IMG/VR virus record: IMGVR_UViG_3300037424_000564 | Coordinates: 32,001-96,000 of that record | Origin: a virus | Lineage: Duplodnaviria > Caudoviricetes | DNA length: 64,000 bases | Reading direction: 5' to 3' (one strand) | Part shown: positions 37,955-48,947 of the stretch, one piece after another | Layout of the letters: each line of letters opens with the position of its first letter | Numbering within the stretch: position 1 is the first letter of the stretch | Position numbers and translations under genes: made by a program | The notes under the pieces: model-generated | Told to the model about the DNA's origin: nothing | What the model saw: the letters and a program-made list of their open reading frames with translations, nothing else | Databases searched by the model: none

Positions 37955-38802
37955 TTGTTATTCCTTTGTCTCAAAGTTTTAGCAATTTCATCGCCGTATA
38001 TTTCTTCGTATGTTTTACCTTTTGTTATATTTGATTTTTTTCTTTTTTTTCTTATATTTTTAGGTTGTTTATTTTTTAACATAAATTCTTGTAATATTTT
38101 TTCTATATGATCTTTATTATAGGATTTAATTTTATTACAATTTTCAATATCAGTCAATTTTATTATATCTAATATTACCCAATTAGTTTTAAATCCTTTT
38201 ATTCTATAAAATGTATCATTACATACAAATTCAAGTTCTTTTCTATCATCTATATATAAATATTCTTTTGTTATTATGTTAATAATGAAATATAATTTTC
38301 GATTTATATTCTTTGTTTTTTTTCTTGTATAATCTGATACCTCTCTATTTTTCATTTGAATACTTCTTAATTGTTTTAATCTAATGGATTCATCTTTTCC
38401 AAATATTTCTTCGTATGTTTTTCCTTTTCTTATATTTGATAATTTATTTCTTATTTCATTTTCATATGGGTGATCTTTTAAATTATATGAATATCGTTCA
38501 CCACCAAGAGTCATATTATATCCATTACTATTATCAAATCCTATATATGAATTAAAATATTTTATATAAAATATTTCTCTATTACATAAATCATTTTTTG
38601 TTTTACATTCTTCTAATATTTCCCATATAAAATTATTAAATCCATATTTACGAATAGCTTCATGGAAAGCTTTATATTTTTCACTTTTTCTTTTTGATTG
38701 TAGATAATGTCGTCTTTGATATTTCTTAAAATCTTGAGTCGTTATGCCTATATAACATTTATCATTAATTGTATTTGTTACTTTATAAACTATACCAAAC
38801 AT
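37951..38802 (-). CDS. GIY-YIG homing endonuclease (Seg-like)
   Basis: GIVYKVTN..NDKCYIGIT, REIFYIKYF, GYN; two GKTYEEI.G repeats. Confidence 0.88.
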   Translation of the reverse strand: MFGIVYKVTNTINDKCYIGITTQDFKKYQRRHYLQSKRKSEKYKAFHEAIRKYGFNNFIWEILEECKTKNDLCNREIFYIKYFNSYIGFDNSNGYNMTLGGERYSYNLKDHPYENEIRNKLSNIRKGKTYEEIFGKDESIRLKQLRSIQMKNREVSDYTRKKTKNINRKLYFIINIITKEYLYIDDRKELEFVCNDTFYRIKGFKTNWVILDIIKLTDIENCNKIKSYNKDHIEKILQEFMLKNKQPKNIRKKRKKSNITKGKTYEEIYGDEIAKTLRQRNNK

Positions 38803-39239
38803 AAAAATTCTCCATAAATAGATATAAATTCTGTATACTTCTATTTATGAAAAACTACTATTTTCCTTTTTAATATTTAAATTTTCCTTTTCTTTTAATA
38901 GTTCAAGATATAGTTTCATAAGTTCAGGCGCATGAATAATATCTGCTTTTTCTTTTATTTTCACAGTACCATCCCTGAAATATCCAGTACCCATATATAC
39001 ATATTTGCTGTAATCTTTCATATTATCACAATAAGTATTTTATCTTGTTTGAGTAAAATTGCTACATGCCTCGCATGGCTGTATCAACACTGTACATGAA
39101 CAATCTGCACAACACAACGATTTCTCAATTTTTCTATATTGACACAAGAAAAAAGAGTCATCTTCTTGACATTCTATAGTTATATACGGACAATCACCAT
39201 AATAAATACACTTCATATTCATGATTTTTTCCTTGAAAG

Positions 39240-39315
39240 TTGTGGGCCTTGTAGGACTCGAACCTACACAAAACCTGTTATGAGCAGGCTGATCTACCAA
39301 TTGAACTAAAGGCCC
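39240..39315 (-). tRNA. tRNA(CAU), probably Ile2 (lysidine type)
   Basis: GGGCCUU/AAGGCCC, GCCUG-CUCAUAA-CAGGU; body resembles bacterial Ile2. Confidence 0.85.
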
Positions 39316-41034
39316 GGTTAAATATTACAAACAGGCTCCATTTAGCGAATCTGCTTTTGCTTTCTCTTCTATAATTTCTTGTTCAATTATGCCAGAATCC
39401 AAACGCAAACCAAATTCTTTCATAGTCTGTTGAAGTTTTAATGCCAACTTATCAAGAATTGCAATAGAAGGCATTGGATGTTTTGGGTTGTCCATTGTAA
39501 ATCCATTTTTACAATGACATGACCTCATGTGGTCACATCCACTCTTACCCAGACCATAATATTGATCTTTACAGTCAGGACAAGAATTTACATAATAATA
39601 ACCATTACCTTTACATGTAGGACAAATTTTTGTATATGTTGGATTTGATTCAACCCAACCACATTTACCATCATTAAATACTACATGCCAGCCATCTTTT
39701 TCAACAAATGGTTTATACATTATATACTCCCATTAATAAGTAACTGCGATATTCAAAGCACAAGCAGCCGACCAGTAAAGAATTTTTCGCCAATCAGTCC
39801 AATCTACCAATGTATAATTGATAGCAGAAATAGCACAAAGAATTATCATAATCGTTGGAAATATTTTAGGATTCATTAATCTTGACCAAACTGAACAAAT
39901 ACTTTTCCGTATCGATCCCCATATTTTTCTTTATCCTTATAGATGTCTTCTCTATAGTCAAGAATATAAAATCCATCAGAATATTCATCAACCCCTTCAA
40001 GAGGAACAAATTCTGAACATGTCTGATATCCTGAAGTATATGTTTTCAGAACTTCAACAATCGCACCTTTAGGCAGACTTTGGAGTTTTTCTATGAGTTG
40101 TTCAACTGTTACTTCCATATAATTCCCTCCTTATTTGTTCCTTACAATAACAACAAATAAATTTATTGTCTATTTAATTATGCGTACCATGACATATAAT
40201 GTTTGGATGTTTCGGTTGTTGATTGCATCGACCCGTACTTAGTCGAGAAATAAGCCTTAGATCCATAACATTTAATACGTTTCTGCATAGGGTCATCATT
40301 CGTAAAATTATCTTTATCAGGGGATACTTGACAACTCATAAATCCATCGCTACCATTAACATGTTTACCATGGATACGTTTGATCGTAGCAGTTTTGCCT
40401 TTGACTTCAATGACTTGGTAGAAGTCAACGTTGGTTTGATCGTATCCCCATGAATGACAAAAGATATCACCAACATTAACAATGATATTATCATTATCTA
40501 CTTTTTCTTTTGCTTTCTTTTCAGCTTTTGCTTCGAATGTGGATTTTACAAATTCAAACTGATCATTGATATATGATCGCATTTTATCTTCTGAATTGAA
40601 CCTAATATAGAAATCATGTTTAGTACGTTTTCCACCATAACCAATCGCAAAGAAATAACCATTAACCGCAGCTACAGTATAGAATACTTCGTATTTAACG
40701 GTAGAGTCTTCACGATGACCGTTACAGAAACTAGGAACCATGCGGTTTGGATTGATTTCGGATTTCATGTTTATCTCCTTTGGTTGGTGTGAAATCAATA
40801 TACCAAAAGAATATTTTATTGTCTATTTAAAAAGTTGCAATTGCTGGAATAGAATCTAAAAGAATTTTAACAATCTTCAAAGCATATTCACTTACCTCTG
40901 GCATAAACATTGATAAAATTGAGATAATAATTACTACACCAACAATTGAGACAAGAATAATATTTTTTATTTTTGACCATTTAGATGTATCTTCTTCTTT
41001 TGTCATATAATCTCCTTATAGGTTTTAGATATTG

Positions 41035-41781
41035 TTAAAAATTAATTTCGTATTTGTCTCTATCTTGTTTCATTGATTCTGGAATCATATCTTCGAATTT
41101 TCTGGTTACTGTATTGAAACACATGAATTTATCACAATCTACACAGACATGCATTGTAACCAATCCTTCTGTTGATAACTGTAGTGTAGATCTAGGTTCT
41201 TTTTTATGTGTATGACCACATACTATATTAAACCGTTCATCGAATTTATCATATCCATAACTAGCCCAGAAAACACCAGAAAATGCATCATTTCCGCCTC
41301 TGAAACTATTAATATTAAAAATAATAGATGGATTTGTTTCTACTATAGGTAAATTTTTAAATTTATCAAATTCAGAATTACAAAAATCATTCATATCTTC
41401 AATTGTATTAAATTTTTCGCCAAACAAATATTGAACACCACCATGACAAATAAAAAATCCATCACGAATACAAGAAGCATTAATTTTATGTTTATTCTTT
41501 TCAACAAGAGTTTGAAATATTTGAATCATTCCATACCTACAACCACTACACATGGTAAAATCACCAGAAGATTTGAAATACTGATTGTCATGATTACCAC
41601 TTAAAATAGTTGCATTTGAATTATAAATCATTTCTGCTGTCGTTAATATAGTATAATCTGTTGCTGTATAAGAATCATATAAATCACCAACAAAAATATG
41701 TTCCTCTTCTGGTTTATAATCTAAGAAAGCTTTAGCTTTAGCGTAATTACCGTGAATATCTCCTACTATTAATGCACACAT
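41035..41781 (-). CDS. Metallophosphoesterase (Ser/Thr phosphatase-like)
   Basis: GDIHG, GDLYD, GNHD, CHGG, GHTH. Confidence 0.9.
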   Translation of the reverse strand: MCALIVGDIHGNYAKAKAFLDYKPEEEHIFVGDLYDSYTATDYTILTTAEMIYNSNATILSGNHDNQYFKSSGDFTMCSGCRYGMIQIFQTLVEKNKHKINASCIRDGFFICHGGVQYLFGEKFNTIEDMNDFCNSEFDKFKNLPIVETNPSIIFNINSFRGGNDAFSGVFWASYGYDKFDERFNIVCGHTHKKEPRSTLQLSTEGLVTMHVCVDCDKFMCFNTVTRKFEDMIPESMKQDRDKYEINF

Positions 41782-41791
41782 ATATTATCCT

Positions 41792-43138
41792 TTATTTAAT
41801 TTTGTTTTTTAGTTCCTTAAGATCATTTAGCCACATATCTTCCAATGAAGTTTCTGTGATAATTTTAAGTTCTTCTTTTTTGTTGGATATTTGTTTCTTT
41901 AATTCATCAATTGTGTCAGATGAAAAACTATGGATTGGCATTCTCAATAGATAATCAAATGAATCATCTACTTTATAAAAAGGGAAATCTTTATTATCTT
42001 CAATCTGTTTTATGATAATTGATTTGCTTGTTTTAAATACTTTAATCTTTTCTTCAAGAATAAACTTGACAAAATAAAATTTACTTCCAATTACCATTAA
42101 TTCTTTTTTTACTTTTTCAATTAAATGTATTTTACGCAGATCATAATAATGCAATCTAACTTCCATGTACTTATCTAGTATTTCTTTAATACTATCAAAT
42201 TCAACAATTTCATTATTAATACCAATACATGTATAGTTTTCTGTGATCTTACGTACTAATTTTAATTTATCAATAATATATTCATCATCTTTTTTTGTAA
42301 ATTCTCTAGGAACTTTAATTTCGAACAGAAATTTATTTTGTTTTGGTTCTGACATATCAGTATAGTCAGCTATAACTTTATCTTCTTCTAATTTGGTTAG
42401 TATATCATTATATTTTTTAAGATTATATCCAACAGGAAGTTCGGTAACTAAAATAGTTGTAGTATTTTTAATTTCATATGTACCAAAAATTTCAAATGTA
42501 TTTGGACTAGTCTGTAAGATTCTACCCTTAAAGCCATTAAAATAAGGCAACAGAATTTTAGGAGTCTGTCTCCTACCTTTGCCAGAGATTTTATCAACTA
42601 AAGTTTCTATAATTTCTAAAGGATTTCGAGATAGAATCTTTTGGCTGAACCCTGTTCCGATACCTTCAGATCCATTGACAAGTATAATAGGTATAATAGG
42701 AACATAATACTTAGGTTCAATACGCTTACCTTCAAATTCTTGTTCAATCAAAATAGCTTCATCTTCAGGATGGAAAATGGATTCAAACATTTTTTCTTTT
42801 GTCACGTAGATATATCTAGATGAACCTGCTTCTGGAATACACACAGATCCAAAGTTACCTTTTGGTTCAATTAGATTAATATTATTTGTACCTACGAAAC
42901 TTTGAGCCATTCCTGTAATTACATCTTCAAGAGACTTTTGCCCATGAAGATATTCGAGCATATCAGTAACTCTAGCTGCTAATGATGCTACTTTTGTTTT
43001 TTCTTTGAGAGTATTTGCTGAACATAATGCTTTGCGAGAAGATGGTTTCTGTCCATCCATAAAATTACCAAGTCCACGAAAGGCAGAATAGGTAGCAAAA
43101 GCACTAAAATCATCACGGAAGAAATGTTTTATTTTCAT
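41792..43138 (-). CDS. gp52: Type II topoisomerase medium subunit (T4 gp52/GyrA-like)
   Basis: DGQKPSSRK, YLHGQKSL, AGSSRY catalytic RY, LVNGSEGIGTGF. Confidence 0.93.
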   Translation of the reverse strand: MKIKHFFRDDFSAFATYSAFRGLGNFMDGQKPSSRKALCSANTLKEKTKVASLAARVTDMLEYLHGQKSLEDVITGMAQSFVGTNNINLIEPKGNFGSVCIPEAGSSRYIYVTKEKMFESIFHPEDEAILIEQEFEGKRIEPKYYVPIIPIILVNGSEGIGTGFSQKILSRNPLEIIETLVDKISGKGRRQTPKILLPYFNGFKGRILQTSPNTFEIFGTYEIKNTTTILVTELPVGYNLKKYNDILTKLEEDKVIADYTDMSEPKQNKFLFEIKVPREFTKKDDEYIIDKLKLVRKITENYTCIGINNEIVEFDSIKEILDKYMEVRLHYYDLRKIHLIEKVKKELMVIGSKFYFVKFILEEKIKVFKTSKSIIIKQIEDNKDFPFYKVDDSFDYLLRMPIHSFSSDTIDELKKQISNKKEELKIITETSLEDMWLNDLKELKNKIK

Positions 43139-43147
43139 TTATTATCC

Positions 43148-44326
43148 TTAAAGTGTGTTGATATTAAATTCAATACCACGCATTTGTTCTTTTCTAAAGT
43201 CAACTGCTTTAGAGTGCATCCAATTATATATAACTTCATCATCACCTTCTTCATATTCAAAATCTTGAATAAAGTGATCAATTCCATATGTAGTAATCAA
43301 TTTACTTAGATCACTAGCTTCCCATGTCGCCAATCCTTTATAATAAGTATATTTTAATCCTGCTTTTTTATTAGTATTATAATCAGTTAAAGTAAAATAG
43401 AAATCTTTAATATTTCCAGATTTATCAAAACCAGCAACAATTGGTGTTCGAAGGAATTTAATTTTATTAGCTTTCAGTAATGATTTCCCATATTTGAAGA
43501 AAAATACCAACAATAATCCACGAATCGCCATACCATCCAAATCTTGGTCTGATGCTATCAAAACATATTGATAGTTTAACTCAGTTTGGATATCTTTGTC
43601 AAGTCGCATGTTCAAAATTTGAGAAATGTTTCGAATTTCATCATTAGATTTGAGTTTGTCAATCTTAACTTCCAATACATTTAATGGTTTACCTTTGAGA
43701 GGAAAGAAAGAAAATGTATCCCTTCCAAGCACACTCATAAGACCATTATTTGCAGAATCACCTTCTGTGAGAACGAGATATTTTTTTTCCTTAATAGCAG
43801 GATAATATTTCTCAACTCTCATTTTCTTTTTTTGTTGATTTAATTTCCGTAGCTCGACATTCTCCTTAGTTTGTAGTTTCAATTTATATGATTCTACAAT
43901 AGGAAGAATGATTTCATCGTTTTTAATAATTGATTTCAAAAGAGTTTCGTTGATCAGATCATCAATTAACTCTTTGAAATTATTAGATGAAATCAATCTC
44001 TCTTTAGTTTGACTGTCAAACTGAGGATTACTCATTCGAATTGAAAGTAAAAGAAATATTTTAGATTTAATATCAATAGGCTTTACTTCGAGTTTATGTT
44101 TCTTTTTCAAGAATACTCTAATATATTCAACGATTTTGGCCACTGCGTACTCGACATGAGTACCACCACGAATAGTATAAGCACCATTGACAAAACTCAT
44201 TTGCTGAAATTCTGTATCTGAATAAAACAAAGCAACACGACCATTATTAATCTCATTTGATTCATAGATAGGGTAAATCTTCTCAACAAAACCTTTCAGT
44301 TTCGGAACTGCTATTTTAGTGTACAT
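43148..44326 (-). CDS. Type II topoisomerase large subunit, transducer plus TOPRIM part
   Basis: GGTHV, FDSQTKE, LTEGDSA, FPLKGKPLN, ASDQDLDG, YKGL. Confidence 0.93.
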   Translation of the reverse strand: MYTKIAVPKLKGFVEKIYPIYESNEINNGRVALFYSDTEFQQMSFVNGAYTIRGGTHVEYAVAKIVEYIRVFLKKKHKLEVKPIDIKSKIFLLLSIRMSNPQFDSQTKERLISSNNFKELIDDLINETLLKSIIKNDEIILPIVESYKLKLQTKENVELRKLNQQKKKMRVEKYYPAIKEKKYLVLTEGDSANNGLMSVLGRDTFSFFPLKGKPLNVLEVKIDKLKSNDEIRNISQILNMRLDKDIQTELNYQYVLIASDQDLDGMAIRGLLLVFFFKYGKSLLKANKIKFLRTPIVAGFDKSGNIKDFYFTLTDYNTNKKAGLKYTYYKGLATWEASDLSKLITTYGIDHFIQDFEYEEGDDEVIYNWMHSKAVDFRKEQMRGIEFNINTL

Positions 44327-45450
44327 TAATTTTTCCTTAATAAATTTAATATATTTTTAACATCGATAAGTGATGATATTCTTATTAATTTAATATTATT
44401 TTCATTACAAAATTTTGTTTTTATCTTATCACGTTTTTTTACTAATTCAAAACTTTTTAAGGCATTATCAGTATTAGAATATATAACAGGCTTGAAATGA
44501 TGAATACCATCATATTCAATACATATATTATATTCTGGTAGATAAAAATCAAATGGTAATGGTAAAATATTTCTACATTCTTTAAATCTCTTTTGTTCTT
44601 CAAATATTAAATTATTTTTTAATAAAATTTCACGTATTAAAGTTTCACCTACTGACTTATTATTTACTGGATAACACTTATTGCATATTCTATTATTAAT
44701 TATTTGTTCTGGTGTTTTAATATATATTTTTTTACATTTTAAACATTCTATTTCAATTTTTGTAAATGTATCAACATATTTTGTTTTTAAATTAAAATTT
44801 TCAACATCAACTAATTTAACAAAATCAAAATGAGACTTTCTTTTGGAACATACTTTACATCTAATGTGGGTATCAATGTGGTATTTAAAAGTCTGTTTAA
44901 ATTCAACACCACAAATATTACATTTTATTATTGAAGGGGAATTAGAATTTTTATAGTCAAATTTAGAATAATCATAAATATTTCCAAATTTATTAATAGC
45001 AAGATTTGTCATTTCATCAAATGATAAATTACCATATTTACTATCATTTCGTAATGAACATATTGGACACCCATGACCTTGTAAATGTAAATTAGGTGTT
45101 CTATTAAATTCGCTAAAACATTTTAAACATTTTATACTAATTTTAATATTTGCGCTTTTATATTCCTCCAAATATTCAAATGATTCTATACCATATATAT
45201 TTTCTGTTTCAGCAATAAAATCAATATGAGATTTTCTCTGATTATTTGATCTTTTTTCTATATTACATAGAGAGCAAATACTTCCTCTTATGTGATCATT
45301 AGGTATTTGTTTAAATATTCCGTGTTTTTTACATTTTATTTGTACTTTCGTTTGTGAGTTTACATATTCAACAAAGGAATAATCATACATGTTTTTATGT
45401 ACTGTATTTGATTTTTGAATAAATTCATCTGTATTTAATTTTCTTCCCAT
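44326..45450 (-). mobile_element. Free-standing endonuclease gene (Zn-ribbon repeats plus C-terminal PD-(D/E)XK-like domain) splitting the topoisomerase gene
   Basis: Repeated YDYS..Y.....K..I.C..HG/C modules; LPFDFYL...IEYDGIHHF. Confidence 0.8.
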
Positions 45451-46181
45451 ATGACATTCTCCCCATCTTTTATGTTATTTATAAAAGATGTGAAAAAAGT
45501 AATTTCTGGATAACAAAATGCCAAATCTCTAATACGTTTTTCATACAGTATTGGTAAATATTTTATAACTTCATCAGATACTTTAAAATAATCATAATTT
45601 GGATCATATGATATCGAAGTATAATTATCTTTTGATTTTGTTATTACTGGGTTATGTTTGATTGCTAAATGATTCTCAAAAGTTTGTTTGTATTTTTTCT
45701 GTCCATTTGCTGTGTCAATAGAGAAGTTACGTGAAAAGATAGGAACTAAAGATCCACCAACACCATATTGACCTACTAACATTTCTTTGTTGGTATCATC
45801 GAAGTTAGAACCAGCTTTAAGGTGAGTGAATATAATTTCAGGAGTCCATTTTTTTAATGCCTCATTATACTCAATAGGAAGACCACGACCATTATCTTCT
45901 ACTGTGACTGTTCCAATTTTATTATCAAATGTAACTTTGATTTTAGTAGCATATTTAAATGATGTTCGGATAGCTTCATCTATACTATTTGATACAATTT
46001 CATCAAATAATTTAAGAAGTGCTGGAATTTGTGGGATATCTTTCAATACAATTTTGTTATTTTCATAAATGTATGTTGGATAAATTTCTTCATTCACATT
46101 ACCACAATACATTCCCGGTCGTTTTAGAACGTGTTCAATATCTGATAAAACTTGAATATCATCTTCTCTTAATGGTTTCAT
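45435..46181 (-). CDS. gp39: Type II topoisomerase large subunit, GHKL ATPase part (gp39 N-terminus)
   Basis: EHVLKRPGMYCG, FDEIVSNSIDE, EDNGRGLP, GSNFDD, GQYGVG. Confidence 0.93.
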   Translation of the reverse strand: MKPLREDDIQVLSDIEHVLKRPGMYCGNVNEEIYPTYIYENNKIVLKDIPQIPALLKLFDEIVSNSIDEAIRTSFKYATKIKVTFDNKIGTVTVEDNGRGLPIEYNEALKKWTPEIIFTHLKAGSNFDDTNKEMLVGQYGVGGSLVPIFSRNFSIDTANGQKKYKQTFENHLAIKHNPVITKSKDNYTSISYDPNYDYFKVSDEVIKYLPILYEKRIRDLAFCYPEITFFTSFINNIKDGENVIWEEN

Positions 46182-46445
46182 ATTTTTCCTTATCTAATTC
46201 TGTCACAGTCATGTAAATGATATGGTGCGTATAATTTTTCTGAATCAATAACTTTTCGTACTGGTCTACCTTTACTAAAAAATGATCTAATCTCAGATGA
46301 ATTACCAAAAAAGTTTTTCATATATGATGGATATGTCATGAATACTTTTGGAAATTCAACATTTTGTTCAGTACAATATACTCTGCCTCTAATAATACAC
46401 TTAGCCCTATTTCCCATAGGGATGAATAAAATCTCAATTCTCATA

Positions 46446-47165
46446 TTATTTCATTCCTTTCAATTTGTTGAGTTCAAGCTTTTTGAACATCCAATGTGTA
46501 TCAGTCACCACATGGTTTTCACGAACATATTTAGCGATGGATTTATTGAAATCTTCGTATTCGAATCCATCACTAAGTCTTAACACGAAACCTTCTTGTT
46601 TGTCAACATTTAATGTTTCAATAAGATTTCTAATAACATTTTCATCATAGATTCCCTCATACATAACAGGAACGGTAATGAGATTTAAAAGTTCGCAATA
46701 TTCGATAGTTTCAGCCCATGATAGACATTGTGTTTCATTCCAAATTGAAAAAACTTCAAAATATGAATCAAGATCATCATAATAGATTGAATGTGTAGCA
46801 AAAAGATTTTCACCACAAATTCTCATTTTTTCGGGAATATGGTGTCTCATTTCTCCCCAACAACGTTTTACAAAACGCCTTGAAATATGATCTTTTGAAT
46901 CAATAGAACGAGCATGATAATACTCTCTAGCGATGGTAGTATTTTCACCATCACGTTTTTCTGTAATAACAACTGATTTGCCAATAAAATGATCCATTGA
47001 TTTTAGAATCTTATCGTCAGAAGTTGTGGTCTTTGATTCAGGAAAATGAAATGTTTTTGGATATTTGAATTTCATAATTTCATCCTTATATACTTTAGCA
47101 ATGGTTTCGTTGATAATTTCGTTAGATGTTTTTATTGGTTTCTCCTTTAAGCCAAGATATACCAT
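46446..47165 (-). CDS. RNA ligase family nucleotidyltransferase
   Basis: KYPKTFH, TEKRDGEN motif I, ARS, CGENL, EGFVLR, AKYVR. Confidence 0.85.
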   Translation of the reverse strand: MVYLGLKEKPIKTSNEIINETIAKVYKDEIMKFKYPKTFHFPESKTTTSDDKILKSMDHFIGKSVVITEKRDGENTTIAREYYHARSIDSKDHISRRFVKRCWGEMRHHIPEKMRICGENLFATHSIYYDDLDSYFEVFSIWNETQCLSWAETIEYCELLNLITVPVMYEGIYDENVIRNLIETLNVDKQEGFVLRLSDGFEYEDFNKSIAKYVRENHVVTDTHWMFKKLELNKLKGMK

Positions 47166-47261
47166 TACGATTTAAATGTCAACTTTAAAAAAGAAAAGCA
47201 CCCTTTAATTAAAAAAGAGTGCTTTGTCCCTATTTGGGTATTATCGTTCCTTATTTGGGTA

Positions 47262-47729
47262 TTATTTGTCTTTTCTTCCTAGACTGAATGATGAGTCTGA
47301 ATCATCAGATCCGTCATCGGTAGTGTCATACATATGACTTTCTGCATCATCATCAACTTCATTTTCACCAATTTTCTTGGTGATTTTGATATCATCAGCA
47401 TCATATTTATATTTTTTGTGAAGAGCTTTTTCATATTTTTTGATTTCTGCATCAAGGGCATCCATTTCAACACCATCGATTTTGACTTTTTTATTCATAT
47501 CAAAATCTTTTAATACTTTAGTATCTTCTTCTTTTTGCCCATCAATTTTGATTTTTGCAGTCAAAGTTATAGTACGAATACCTTCTTTACCAGAATCATC
47601 ATTATCGTCATCAGATTTCTTAGGGCGACCACGTTTACCTTTTTCTTTAGGAATTTCATCCTCTTCAGTTTTTTCTTTTTTAGGGCGACCACGCCCTTCA
47701 TCTAGCATTTGTACGAATTTTTGATTCAT
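47262..47729 (-). CDS. Charged protein with two AT-hook-like motifs
   Basis: GRGRPKK and KRGRPKK; acidic C-terminus. Confidence 0.55.
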   Translation of the reverse strand: MNQKFVQMLDEGRGRPKKEKTEEDEIPKEKGKRGRPKKSDDDNDDSGKEGIRTITLTAKIKIDGQKEEDTKVLKDFDMNKKVKIDGVEMDALDAEIKKYEKALHKKYKYDADDIKITKKIGENEVDDDAESHMYDTTDDGSDDSDSSFSLGRKDK

Positions 47730-47816
47730 TTTATTTTTCTCCTATTTAAATTTGACAGATCTGAAATCTGATGTTATAATCAACCTTAGTTGCCGCTGGA
47801 GCAGATAGATATAAGG

Positions 47817-48419
47817 TTAGCCAGTCTTTCCTTCTAAGTATTTAGCTATAAAATATGCATCTGTTAAATCTGCTCCACCTTTATCAAATCCAACTTCTTC
47901 CTCGAAGACTGAACGGATATTAGCAGGTAACTTCAACCATGTCAAATATTTTATATCAGAATTTAAAACTATTTCCATATTATCTAATTTAAGCTGTTTC
48001 TTATCTTTTAAAGTTTTCAATGCTTTAATTTTTACCTTCAAAGATTTCATTTTAATTGAATATTCTTTGAGTAACTTTCTATCTTCTTTTGTGAATAGAG
48101 GACTGCGCCATGTTAGAACAGGAATAATTTCAACATGGCGATTTAATTCTTTAAAAATTTCAGTTCTTAAATACCAAAAATTACCAGCAATAATATCTTT
48201 TGCTCCTGATAAAGATCCAAAAGATAATCCTTCCAATCCAATCTTTTCAGGATCATGCTTCTTGATAAAATCAATAACTTCTTTAGCAATATGAATCAAT
48301 AACTGTTCATCGTTTAATATTTTTGAATCGGTTTTTATTAATTTATATTCAAATTTATCACCATCAACAAAAGATAATCCTGTTCCTCTCATTGATAAAT
48401 CTATTCCAATTGTTTTCAT
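47817..48419 (-). CDS. RuvC-like Holliday junction resolvase
   Basis: IGIDLS..GTG, IGLEG, DLTDAY acidic triad pattern. Confidence 0.8.
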   Translation of the reverse strand: MKTIGIDLSMRGTGLSFVDGDKFEYKLIKTDSKILNDEQLLIHIAKEVIDFIKKHDPEKIGLEGLSFGSLSGAKDIIAGNFWYLRTEIFKELNRHVEIIPVLTWRSPLFTKEDRKLLKEYSIKMKSLKVKIKALKTLKDKKQLKLDNMEIVLNSDIKYLTWLKLPANIRSVFEEEVGFDKGGADLTDAYFIAKYLEGKTG

Positions 48420-48916
48420 ACAATTTCATTCGCAATAAAAAAAATTTCATCAACTTCATGATAAGACATATTTAACATTTTTCCTAATTGTAATATAAAA
48501 GTATTCAATCTGTCAAATGAAGTAGCATAATCCCACCCATCCTTAATATCTTGTGTTGAATTTTTAACTATAATTTCAATTTGATCTCTCAATCCTAATC
48601 TATTTAAAGCCAATCTGAACTTCCATGGAGTTGCTGTTAATGTCTCCCTATATTTATAAATGATTTCATTACCAGAAGTTGATACACTAGAAATCTGATT
48701 AGGTTGAATATTATTAATATAATAATATATGTCTCCTGATAAAATTCCTAATCTATCTGATAATTCTTGTTCAGAATTGACAATTTCTAAATTTTTTTGT
48801 CCCGTTGTTAATACTTTATTTGGATGTAAACTACCGAATTGAATCGAATTGAATTTGATATTATTATAAATTATCCAAAATTGTATATTAGATGTTTCAT
48901 TTTTATATATTTGCAT
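48416..48916 (-). CDS. Probable tail-fibre/baseplate-associated protein
   Basis: C-terminal TPWKFRLAL...WDYATSFDR...F resembles domains often found next to tail fibre genes; position after the structural genes. Confidence 0.4.
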   Translation of the reverse strand: MQIYKNETSNIQFWIIYNNIKFNSIQFGSLHPNKVLTTGQKNLEIVNSEQELSDRLGILSGDIYYYINNIQPNQISSVSTSGNEIIYKYRETLTATPWKFRLALNRLGLRDQIEIIVKNSTQDIKDGWDYATSFDRLNTFILQLGKMLNMSYHEVDEIFFIANEIV

Positions 48917-48947
48917 ATTATATCCTTATTATATTCTTAAACCTATA

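Noticed and set aside
19300-39315. Stop-codon reassignment or suppressor tRNA
   Set aside because: No CUA, UUA or UCA anticodon found; core genes translate full-length with code 11. The UAG, UAA and UGA anticodons are Leu, Leu and Ser
44326-45450. Group I intron or intein in the topoisomerase gene
   Set aside because: No non-coding space for P3-P9 core elements; in-frame stops and a separate SD/ATG for the second half
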